A DNA stretch of 64,000 nt, taken from NCBI GenBank assembly GCA_009859145.1, contig VRVR01000010.1:285330-349329 (forward strand), given 5' to 3'. A model generated the notes under the pieces. That model worked only from the letters and a program-made list of their open reading frames with translations, had not been told where the DNA came from and did no database searches. This document shows, piece by piece, positions 1 through 11,400 of the stretch (positions are counted from its first letter, which is position 1; every line of letters begins with the position of its first letter). The stretch comes from Andalucia godoyi And28. Lineage: Eukaryota; Protista; Jakobida. A program made the translations under genes and the position numbers.

Positions 1-397
1 TGGTGATATGAACGAAAAACAGTGCTGGAAGAGTTGGTGTAGTCTATGGAGCCTAATCGCGACGAGAGGGCAGTGGATGTGGAATCCGAAGGCGGGATCC
101 CCGCGAAGCCGATCCGGGGGGACCTGTTATCGGGAGAGAACGGCACAAAGGGAGACAGAGGGAGCGGGACACTTGCATTCGATGGGCACTGCAGAGACGC
201 CAAGTACCTTTCGTCCGACAGCTTCCATTCATACTTGGAGGTGGGGACTTGCAGGCTTGAGGGAGCAGGAAGTATGAGAGATGGGTAGGCAGTGTGGACC
301 GGAGCGAGAGCTGGATCGAGTGGTCGGTTCGCCTTGATCGCCATTTGCATGTCATTGCTGTTATCAGTACTGCTCCTTCTGCTACTCATACTACTAT

Positions 398-456
<59 letters not shown>

Positions 457-608
457 TTGTTACTGCTACTGCTACTGTTACTGCTGTTAATATTGCAACC
501 ATTTGTGTTGGAGGCGACATCGCTGACGATGCGCTCTTCGTCGTCAACGCTATCTTGGCGAGACCTCTTTCTCGACTTGTACAAATCGGGATCCATATAT
601 TGATGCAT
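1..608 (-). CDS. 5' part of a Ser/Asn-rich hypothetical protein running off the window start
   Basis: Hand translation from ATG at 608 (MHQYMDPDLYKSRKRSRQDSVDDEER...) stays open to position 3. It is missing from the ORF track because its stop lies outside the window. The plus-strand poly-Leu and poly-Thr ORFs are antisense shadows. Confidence 0.6.
371..490. repeat. (CTA)n/(CTG)n trinucleotide microsatellite, encoding poly-Ser on the minus strand
   Basis: Directly visible run ctactactact...gctgctgct. Confidence 0.9.
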
Positions 609-1752
609 CTTCGCTGCCGACAGTGAACAAGAAAATGGATACAGGACGGGAAAATATTCTGGAAAAAATTTCGTTTGCCATCGAACCGAGTCAGAAAGAG
701 AAGAAGCAGCTGTCCTTTTTGTTTTTGGACGGGGTTTTCCCCCTTCGTTTCCTGGTCGAGAATAGGGGGGGTTTCTATTCTTGTGCTCTTGCAGTCCCAG
801 TTCCAATGGACTTCAGCCGGATGACACCTTAAACTTCCGGTTCCCGATGCCAGTTTCGGAAGGAAGCTGACGACCGATGCGAGCGAACGTCAATGCGTAT
901 GCATGCAAAGTGTTTATGTCCAGTCGCATGCCTGTGCCAAATGCGGACGGCTCCAGCGAGATGCCTTTTTGTGCCAGGAAGCTTCCAGAACGGTCCCCTG
1001 CAATACTCTCCTTCGCGCTGAGCTCACCTCTCCACCTCACATACCTGCTTCAAGTCCCGGCGCTCTTCGCGTCCATGCAGAATGCGCGCTTATGTCCTCC
1101 TGTCGACCTTCATTTGGACGCTTTACTCAAGTCGGTACTTGCAGCCTTTTCTCTAAACATGGAGATGGGAATGCGGATCTGATCAGACAGAGCCAAAATG
1201 TTGTATGGGTGGGGGGGAGTGGTCCGTTGTCACGTCACAATGTCGCACCGAAATCCGTTTGGTGCTGGCTTCCCCCGGTCGACCACCTTCCCCGAAACAC
1301 TTTTCCACGTCTCCTTCGCTGCATTTTCGTCGTTGTTGGAAGAATTGCTTGCATTCAATCGGGGACTTCTTTTATTGTCTGCTGTGACTTGGGACTGACG
1401 AACCGTCCGCTTCGATTTTCCGTGGAGTACCATTCTTGGGATGGTGCTGATTTCTGTTCCCTGAGGGGCTCTTCATGCACAGAGCAGAGAAACCATTTCC
1501 GAAGAAACGCAAGACGTTTCGGGGAGGATCGAGTAACCAAAAAAAGAAAGAAAGAAAGCTGACGGAAAAACAAGAAACACACAACGTGCGATACATGCAT
1601 TGAGCTCCGGCGTGTCCGATTTCCGGAAAACCGAATGGTTCAAAAGGAGAGTTGGACAATCAGGGGGGTAACTCCGCCCGGTAGAGGCAACAGGTACGCC
1701 GGGGACTGGCTTTGCTGCTTGCATGCCTGAATTGCCGGAAACATGATTCTGC

Positions 1753-3804
1753 TCATGCGTCGTCTTCCAGATGGCAGTCTTCCGGAGTTCGTAGCAGGAA
1801 AAGATGCTGGAAGAAGAGGATCGCACCGTGTTGATGCAAGTCCGCGACGGCAGCCGTACGCTCGCTCTCCGGCATTTTGCAGACACGAGGCAAAACAGAG
1901 TCGAACAAATGCCGAACGAACTCCTCGCGCATGCGCACGCGCTCTTCCTCGGGGGCATCGAATGGATCGCACAAAGCAGCAAACCCGGAATGTGTGGACG
2001 GATGGCGGAAGAGGCCAGGAAGCAACAGACAGGCGCGAATGTCCTGGAAGACTGCGAGCATGAACCGTCGGCGGTCGCCTCCTGAAATGCCCACTTGCGA
2101 CCGACCCCATGGATGCTCGGCCATGTATCGCATGTGCTTTTTCCGATCTGCCTCGGAGCCCAGTGTCTGTTGAAAGCAGTTTCTGTGCAGCTCAATTGTC
2201 ACATGCTCCCCACCATGCGTCTCTTCTCTTTCTAGCGTTTCGAGTAGATGTTGCGAACCAGTTTTTGGTCGCTGCCCGGGTATTCGCAGGACAATGGGCC
2301 GCATGCCGGCAAACGGATTCATCGACAGAAACGCGAGCATCTTTTCAAACTTGATCGAGTCGGCTGCAATGGCACCACACGAGGACTTGATTTCAAAGAT
2401 GAGCCAGCTGAACCATCCGCCCGCCGTCACCTCATCCGTTGCATCTCCTTCCTCCTCCCTCTCGCTCTTTGTTGCTGTTGTGGCCGTTTCCTTGTCTCTT
2501 CGGAAGACAACGTAGTCGAACTCTGCCTTTGATTTTTCGGGTGTTTGAATTTGACAGACGCGCGCAAGATCCACTCCGGCGCTTAGAATGTACTCGTATC
2601 GCTGCGGATCGTATTCGGGGTCCGCCCGCACATGCATCAGCACCAAGTCCACAACGAGTTGTTCAAGCTCCCACCCTCCGTCAATCAGCCTCGACTGCGC
2701 ATTTTCCTTGGACCCCGTAAATTCCCTCTTTGCGCTAGCTACTCCCGTTTCCTCTTCCACAATCCGAACAGCCTCTTGTGCAGCCTCCCACTTCTCCACA
2801 AACTTTGCATACGTCTTGCGCCATCTCTCAATCTTGCTTACCTGCCTCTCCTTCAGCTTGTCGAGCAACTCTCGTTTGTCCTCTGCGCCACATTTCGCAC
2901 CTTTTTCGTTCATCGCTTCGTCCTCTTCGTCCTCTTGCTCTTCTTGGCAGCCGTCTCCTTCGTCCCCGTTGCTGTCCGAGTCATCGTCAGCGTCATCGGT
3001 GTCATCGGTGTCATTGGCATGGTTCTTCATGTCACGACGCCGAGGGCCGTGACGGTGACGGTGATGCTGGCACTGAGCAATCTGAAGTTGCAAGGTGTGG
3101 AACTTGTGCATGATATTTCGAAATCCTCGGATCTCAGCAGCATGCGCGACCTCGATGTCCTCGAGCACGCATCTTTTTTCCCTCAGCGTCTGCGCATGCA
3201 AATGCTCCAGCAGCGTCCATCGCAACCGTGCCAAGTGCACTGGATCACACCGAACTGTCGCCAGCACCGCATAAAACCACCTTTTGAAAACGGTGAAATC
3301 CGTCGATGAGAACCTTGGAAATCCTGGGTCATGCAACCGGTACTCGGCCGGAAACACCAGTCCATGCACTCTTTGCAAATCCCTCCAAAACTTGCTTATC
3401 CTATCCATTTTCTTCCTGTACCCCTCATCATTATCATGAGAACCACCTTGATCGCCATTGCTGCTGTCATGGCTTCGTCGAGGTTGTTTCTGAGCCCATG
3501 CAGCCCAGGCTTGGAGCTCGGGAGTTGAGTGCAGAGCATGCTGGAACTCTTGAATGTCCCACCACAACGAAACCGCCACACATAACGCACACGACACGCA
3601 CGCATTCCTTACCGTAACGCCCGAGTCCCAGTCCTTTGTGACGTCCATCACACAACCGCAGCATCCACACGCCAGCTCAAACTGTCCGTACTCGCTCCCT
3701 CTCCATTCTCCTTTCCCTGTACGAGCGACTGCACCACTGCTTCCAGCTACAAACCGCCCGTGCCATGCTTTCTGCATCTCTCTCTCTCTCTCTCTCATAC
3801 ACAC
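1753..3804 (-). CDS. Hypothetical protein with coiled-coil and putative PD-(D/E)XK nuclease-like domain; start codon uncertain
   Basis: 683-aa ORF containing G-W-E-L-E-Q-L-V helix, K-A-E-F-D-Y-V-V and L-I-F-E-I-K-S in the order expected for motifs I/II/III. The first residues overlap a (GA)n/(TG)n tract, so the true start may be downstream. Confidence 0.7.
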   Translation of the reverse strand: MCMREREREMQKAWHGRFVAGSSGAVARTGKGEWRGSEYGQFELACGCCGCVMDVTKDWDSGVTVRNACVSCALCVAVSLWWDIQEFQHALHSTPELQAWAAWAQKQPRRSHDSSNGDQGGSHDNDEGYRKKMDRISKFWRDLQRVHGLVFPAEYRLHDPGFPRFSSTDFTVFKRWFYAVLATVRCDPVHLARLRWTLLEHLHAQTLREKRCVLEDIEVAHAAEIRGFRNIMHKFHTLQLQIAQCQHHRHRHGPRRRDMKNHANDTDDTDDADDDSDSNGDEGDGCQEEQEDEEDEAMNEKGAKCGAEDKRELLDKLKERQVSKIERWRKTYAKFVEKWEAAQEAVRIVEEETGVASAKREFTGSKENAQSRLIDGGWELEQLVVDLVLMHVRADPEYDPQRYEYILSAGVDLARVCQIQTPEKSKAEFDYVVFRRDKETATTATKSEREEEGDATDEVTAGGWFSWLIFEIKSSCGAIAADSIKFEKMLAFLSMNPFAGMRPIVLRIPGQRPKTGSQHLLETLEREETHGGEHVTIELHRNCFQQTLGSEADRKKHMRYMAEHPWGRSQVGISGGDRRRFMLAVFQDIRACLLLPGLFRHPSTHSGFAALCDPFDAPEEERVRMREEFVRHLFDSVLPRVCKMPESERTAAVADLHQHGAILFFQHLFLLRTPEDCHLEDDA

Positions 3805-4265
3805 ACTCTCTTTCTATGCTCTACGCTGACTCGTCTTGTGTTGTCTTGCTTCTTCTGTTTAATTTCCCGCTCCCGAAAAGCCCCGAAAAAAAACAGGAAA
3901 ACGTTCTTGAACCGCGAGTCCAGTTGATGCTGGATGCTACTCCATACTCCCTCTGTTGTCAGTTCGTGTTCGAATCTCTATCGTGCCTTTTCCCTCATTT
4001 TTCTTTCCCTTTAATGGTTTAAAGAATTAAATTTATCCTTCTCATTTTTTATTACGCGCGTGGTGGTTGGATAGGTGGTGGTTTTCGTAGCACACGCTCA
4101 CACACACACGCTCACACACACACACTCTCTCTCTTTCTTGCAGCGACTTTTTGTAAAAATATACAGCGCAGCACCCGTTGTCGACGCACCCTGCCCCTTC
4201 AGCGCCAAAGAAGAAGAGGACTGCGGATTCAAAGAACGCAGGAGTGAAAACTTGCAAAGAAGAGA

Positions 4266-5747
4266 ATGTGTCGATTGCCGAACGGTGGTGGCGCTCTGTG
4301 GCTTGCGATGGTTGCGCTCGCTGTAGTGCTCCTCTGCGGCGGCGGCGTGGGAGTGGTGGATGCGGGGATTTTGCATGTGTCGCTCGTTGACGATGTTCGA
4401 CCATTTGTCTCGTTTGATGTGTTTGGCTTTGCGTCGGGCGGCCGACTTTCGCTCTCTGTCTCGTCGATCTCAATCGATCCTCCGCCCTCTGCTTCAGCGT
4501 CGGCGTCGGCTACAGAGGTTCATTCGGGGTTTCTGGTGCTGAAAGTCAACTCGCGCGTCGATCTTCTTCCTCCAGCAACCACCACTGGTAGCGACTGTCT
4601 GTTGACGCACTATACCCAGCACGTGTCGTCGTCGAGTGCAGTGTATGCGCTCCCGACAACGACCAACACGCTGAGTGCGGAGTTTGTTGTGGTGGACGAA
4701 GGATATTATGCAGTGTATTTTGTGTCGTGTCTGTCGCTGTCGACTCGCACCTCGTTCAAGGCGACAATCACCGAACGCAATCCGGAGGACGATGGCGGCT
4801 ACTTGCCCGTTGGCCAGCAGAATCTGCCGCAGCTCCTGTTCGCGATGTGCGTCTTGCAGCTGTGTCTTGTTGTTGTGTGGGCGCTTGTCCTGCGCATCTT
4901 TGCAGCGACCACAACCACGAAGCTGCATGTTGTCATGGGTCTTGTGCCGCTACTGCGCGTCCTCTTCTTGTTTTTCGAAGCCGTGCGACTCCGCGAAATC
5001 GAACAAGAAGGAGAGGCAGCTACGCCGTATGCGGTCCCATACTACCTCTTCGCAATCCTCGAGTCCACCGTCGTGTTTGTTGTCGTCATTCTCATGGGCA
5101 CCGGATGGTCCCTTACCAAGCCGTTTCTCTCCGACCGCGAGAAATCGGTCCTGCTGCGCATCGTCCTTCCGCTCCAGCTGCTTGCAGATGTCGCCATGAT
5201 CGTCACCGGCGAGCTTGCGCCGGGCTCCCCGCAGCTCGTCTTTTGGAACAATGTCTCGCGCGTCATCGATGTCGTTTGCTGCTGCGCCGTCCTGTTTCCC
5301 ATCGTCTGGTCCATTCGCATGCTCCGAGACGGGCCGCGCGTCAAGGCTGTCGTTCGGCTCGAGGCATTTCGCGCATTCTATGTCGCCACCGTCGTTTACA
5401 TCTACTTTACAAGAATCATGGTCGTTCTCCTGCGCGCTGTTCTGTCTGTTCGAAACGAGTTTATGGGCGATCTGCTTGTCGAGATTGCATCTGTGCTCTT
5501 CTATGCCTATGCCGGTTGGTCGTTCCGTCCGCAGTCCGAGTCCGTGTACATGGCGCTCCAGGAGGATGATGATGACGATGACATCAGCAGTGACATCCGC
5601 AATGACATCGGCGGGGACATGCATGGTGGAGGAGGGGTTCGAGCTAGAAGAGCACAGGACGTCGAATGGGACGCCTCGCGATCCGCCGCGGGTATCACCG
5701 CCACAGACTCTGCTGCCGCCACGCACTCGGAAGAAGGAATGGACTAG
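4266..5747 (+). CDS. GPR107/GPR108-like (lung seven-transmembrane, GOST family) protein
   Basis: Signal-peptide-like N-terminus, luminal domain, seven hydrophobic segments, family motifs IDVVCCCAVLFPIVWSIRML and FRAFYVATVVYIYFTRI. Confidence 0.9.
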   Translation: MCRLPNGGGALWLAMVALAVVLLCGGGVGVVDAGILHVSLVDDVRPFVSFDVFGFASGGRLSLSVSSISIDPPPSASASASATEVHSGFLVLKVNSRVDLLPPATTTGSDCLLTHYTQHVSSSSAVYALPTTTNTLSAEFVVVDEGYYAVYFVSCLSLSTRTSFKATITERNPEDDGGYLPVGQQNLPQLLFAMCVLQLCLVVVWALVLRIFAATTTTKLHVVMGLVPLLRVLFLFFEAVRLREIEQEGEAATPYAVPYYLFAILESTVVFVVVILMGTGWSLTKPFLSDREKSVLLRIVLPLQLLADVAMIVTGELAPGSPQLVFWNNVSRVIDVVCCCAVLFPIVWSIRMLRDGPRVKAVVRLEAFRAFYVATVVYIYFTRIMVVLLRAVLSVRNEFMGDLLVEIASVLFYAYAGWSFRPQSESVYMALQEDDDDDDISSDIRNDIGGDMHGGGGVRARRAQDVEWDASRSAAGITATDSAAATHSEEGMD

Positions 5748-6069
5748 CTAACGCTGGTGCATTTTCCAAACCACAATACGCCTTACAAAAGAACACGAAA
5801 AAACACTCGTCATTTACTCATTCATAAAACCCGCCACGGACTGTAGCCATCGGACCGCGGGACAAAAAATGTCTGGCGCCCCACCTCCCTCCGCTTCCCT
5901 CAACGGTGTGTTGCCGACTGTAAAAGCACAGATGTGCGCAAATTTCTGGGGTGAACAGCATGTCGAGGATTACACACACAGAGTGCGTAGCGCACGAAAC
6001 CGCATGGCCAGTAGCCAACATGACGGTTTTTCCCTCGGTTTCTGCATTCCCTCCATTTTTTCTCCTTGA

Positions 6070-7560
<1,491 letters not shown>

Positions 7561-7736
7561 ACGATTCTCTTTTTCTGTTCACAAAAAAGAATAAGGACAA
7601 AGAAGCCAATCCATTCCTCGTTTTTTATGTCATTTCTGACCATCCTTCTCACAGCTCATTGTTTGAGCTCCGGCGGCGGTGACCGTCGGACAATATAAAA
7701 AAACAGGAAGAAAAAGACAAAGCAGCAGCGGAAGGA

Positions 7737-7748
7737 AGAAAAAAAAAA
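7737..7748 (-). terminator. Poly-T RNA polymerase III terminator of the tRNA
   Basis: A-run on plus (T-run on minus) a few nt downstream of the tRNA 3' end. Confidence 0.7.
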
Positions 7749-7751
7749 TTT

Positions 7752-7825
7752 TACGCGGTGCGTGGATCGAACACGCGACCTCCTGCGTGTGGAGCAGGCG
7801 CTCTAACCAACTGAGCTAACCGCGC
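7752..7825 (-). tRNA. trnV-CAC: tRNA-Val(CAC), 74 nt, with atypical C33
   Basis: Hand-folded cloverleaf: acceptor GCGCGGT/ACCGCGT, D arm GCTC-AGTTGGTTA-GAGC, anticodon arm CCTGC-TCCACAC-GCAGG, T arm GCGTG-TTCGATC-CACGC, discriminator A. Confidence 0.9.
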
Positions 7826-8437
7826 TGTGTTGTGGGATGCTTCAGCTGAATGTTTCATAGTGCGTGTCCTCATGTACTCTCCTGCTCGCTCGTCGGGCTG
7901 AGCTGTCCACCGAAGACAGATCCAAAGCCGTATGTTTCTTGCTTTTATTTGTGAGGGGGCGAGCACCAACTCTGCATCAAAGGGCCATCGCAACCAGCAC
8001 ATTCCCCGATCGATTCAACATTCAAAATTGAACGTTGGAGGAAACGGAATGTGGTCGGTTTGAGTTTGTCGGGAAGATCTCTCCTTGGAGCCACGAGATG
8101 CTTTGTCTTTGATGAAAAGGTGCTGTTTGAGGGTTCGATTATATAAAAGACAAACAGAAAATAATCGAAAGAATATAAAAGTGAAGAATGAAGACCCTTC
8201 TAGACTGGGCTACGGCAAGACAATCCTATTGTTTGGTGTTCAACACTGACACCCAAAGCTGTCAACCGCGTGCAACCCATATGTGAGTCAGCTTACCAGA
8301 AAGAGGAGACACATAGACAGAGAAAGAGAGAAAGAGAGAGGGATTATGATAATATTTAATAATAATAAAGGGAGAAAAAAGACAACAAAAAACAACAAGG
8401 AAAATGCCTAAGGGTATGGCCGGTATGTAAAAACAAT

Positions 8438-11400
8438 CTAGGTTGCAAGGGCGCAGAATGCAGCACAGCCACGCTTGATCCAGACGGACGGATCGACTCG
8501 AGTGGGGAACTCCACGCTCAGGACAAAGTTGGTCGAATGGCCGGTCGTGGACAAGGTACCGGCACGCGAGACGGTCTTGTACACTGGGCATTCGTACACT
8601 GTTCCGGCAGGCGGCTTGACTCGGTTCTGCACCGGTTTGAACCACAAGATCGGCATTGGGGCAAACAGCTCTCGCGGTTTGGAATCTCCAATGCACTTGT
8701 CGACTGGGTCCCAGCGGGCGCCTTCCATGTACAGACCACGCATGTACGCTCCATCTTCCGGTTTGCCGGAAATCTCGGACACCTGGTACGCTGGCATCAC
8801 CACAAAGTCAAAGCTGACCGAGTCGACGGCAACCTTGTACTTCCTGGCGTAGTTCTGGAGAATGCCGGTGAGGGCAGCTTGCGGGAAGTAGAGACCCGAG
8901 ATCCAGTAGACAGTGGGCATGCCGGTTTGGATCCATGAGTTGATAAAGTCGAGGCGCTGAAGAAGATCCGAGGTCCACGACGACAGGAGTTTCAGCGACG
9001 GGTACGCCTTGGAAGACCACAGCTTCGGGACCTGGTTGTTGAACAGGGATGTGCCCATCGCTTCCAACTCTCCGGACATGACAACAAGCCCCTTGAGAGC
9101 CTTCAGAATGTCCTGCAGCGATCGCCGCATGGCTACAAGCAGCTTGTTGTATCGGATGACTTCTTGCACGAGAACCGTGTTCATTGACTCTGCATACGTC
9201 GTCGGATACTTTTCCATCACATCTCCAACGTGCCAGGCATCTGGGACACGATTGAGAATGTCCGTTGCAACGGCTTCAATGACGGCTTCTCGGGACTTTG
9301 ATCCTGCACCACCGGATGTTCTCGGCTGCAGAGAAAGAATAAGTTCCATCATGTCTCGCGTCTCGGCTTGGGCGCACGTAATGTCTGCGTTTTCATGAAG
9401 CCCGAACACCTCGGGTGCAGGATTGATTGGCAAACCCTTGATGTACTCCAGATAGTCTTCCAGCAGCGTATCTGGTTCACCGTGCTCGGGTCCTTTCAGA
9501 GTGTGATAGATTCCCGAGTCGGAGAAGCTATGACCGGGAACAAGGATCGCCTGAGAAATTGCAGAGTTCTGCATCGTCAGCAACAATCGGCGGTCCCAAT
9601 CATCAGTGACACGACCACCGTAGTTGATCTGACCAAACAAAAAGCGCAAGACCTTGAACGGAACTTCTTCGTACTTGTCCAGGAACATCTTCAGCTGCTT
9701 CATACAAACAAGCAGATCGCCATTCGTGAACTCGTAGCGAATGTTCCATCCCAGAGGACCAAACTTACGACGCTCCTGGATCTGTGCATGGAAGAAGCAC
9801 AGAGCAAACAGCAGCTTGCGGAAGGCATCGGGCTTCTTGCAGTCGTCCAAGAAGTTCTGATCCAGCGGCACAAAGGAACCACGTAAGTTGGCACGGAGAC
9901 CCTTGGGAGGCTCATTCGTCATCTTCACGGAGTTCTGGAGAACAGACACCGGGAATTTTTCAGAGGGCATGGAAGTCAGCCACAGACGGAAATCACGGTG
10001 CATCTTTTCAGGAGCAAAGTTTTCGACAATTCGTTCGAGAGAAGGCATCCACGACGTAGCCAAATGGCAGTTCTGCAGCAAAATCCAGCCACCACGCTCC
10101 ATGGCATCCGCCATCAAGCGTTCCGCAATCGGGCCCTGGCCTTGCCCCAATGAAATCGAATTCAGCTTCTTCGTGAAACCCTTTTCATCCGCAAACCGGA
10201 ACAATTCTGACGCAGGGTCAGCACCAGCCGACAATACGAAAATCAAAGGCACTGTCGGCGAGGAGTCCGCGTAAGAACCCGGTAAGTCAAACGGAGGCGG
10301 TTCGATGAACTTGCCACCTAGCTGAGCGGCAACGTAATCCTGCACAGCTTCCGTAACCTTGTCCGGACGCAGGCACCGCAGGACCAGCATCTTCTGCAGC
10401 TGATCAAACTTGGTTTCCCAGTCTCCTGGAAGCGGGAAACGATGCGCATTTGCGGATTCAAAGTACTTTTCAAAATGACCGATATTCTTGGCAAAAACAT
10501 CAGACGCAAATCCTTGGAATCTGGGCAAACCAGACAAATCGTTCAATTCAGCCCAGACATTCGGCATCAGCCACGATGGCGCAGGGTTGGGAACAGCAAC
10601 CTCTGTAGAAACACCTCCAGTCAACAAGAAGCGCCATTCTTCGCCATCGATCAGATCTGCGCCCTGCAAAATTCTCGTCGTCAAAAGGAACGAGAAAAGC
10701 AGCTTGTGCTTTTCGAACAGTGAGCGACAGATGTTCAGATACAAAGAATACGTAAAGTAGTCATTCAGAAACTTCAGTCGGCGTTGGAGGATCAATCCTT
10801 CTCGACCTGCGTCGTCGTCCTTGTACTGCGGCTCTTCCTCGGCAGTCAGCGAGCCCTTTTCTGCATTGTCGATTGCAGAAATGAACAGCCGAACGAACCA
10901 CTGCAGCGAGTACTGATACATCGGATCCACTGCCGCCATGTCGGCAACACAGAAGAACAAAATGGCCGCCCGAACTGCGACAGGACGGTAGCCCCCACGA
11001 GTTGTGTCGATTGCCTTTTCCGTCTCCTCGGCTTCTGCAACCTTTGCATTGATTTCAACCGAAGTCTCCTTCGATTTCGCGAGCGTATTGATCAGTGCCT
11101 CGTCCTCCAAAATATCTCCTGAGGACTCGGATAACATCCGCAGAATTTCGTCTTCAATGGTCTTCAATTCCTTCTTCATACGGGCATTGGAAACAACTAA
11201 CTGATTCTTCATTTCTTCCAAATCCGGTCTTTCCTTGGCAACCACAATTCCGAGCAGCTGGTCTTGCAAGCCATCGGGCGTAATCAAGAAATTCAGCAAT
11301 GTGACCTTGACGCAGGTTTCCGGAGAGTAATGCGGATTTCGCAACTTCGTCGTAATGTACAGCCGGAAGTCCGGGTGATACGGTATCACCGAGTCTCCCA

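Noticed and set aside
292-626. Poly-Leu and poly-Thr ORFs on the plus strand
   Set aside because: They are by-products of the microsatellite; the minus-strand poly-Ser frame is the plausible gene.
620-1433. Minus-strand frame interrupted only by four TGA codons (possible readthrough or selenoprotein)
   Set aside because: The frame is largely the in-phase antisense of ORF 903-1562 (TCA codons), has no recognisable domain or SECIS, and TGA is clearly used as stop in AGO, transketolase and dynein.
8001-8075. Small hairpins between the tRNA and the dynein 3' end
   Set aside because: The stems are short and AU-rich, with no H/ACA or C/D boxes in convincing positions.
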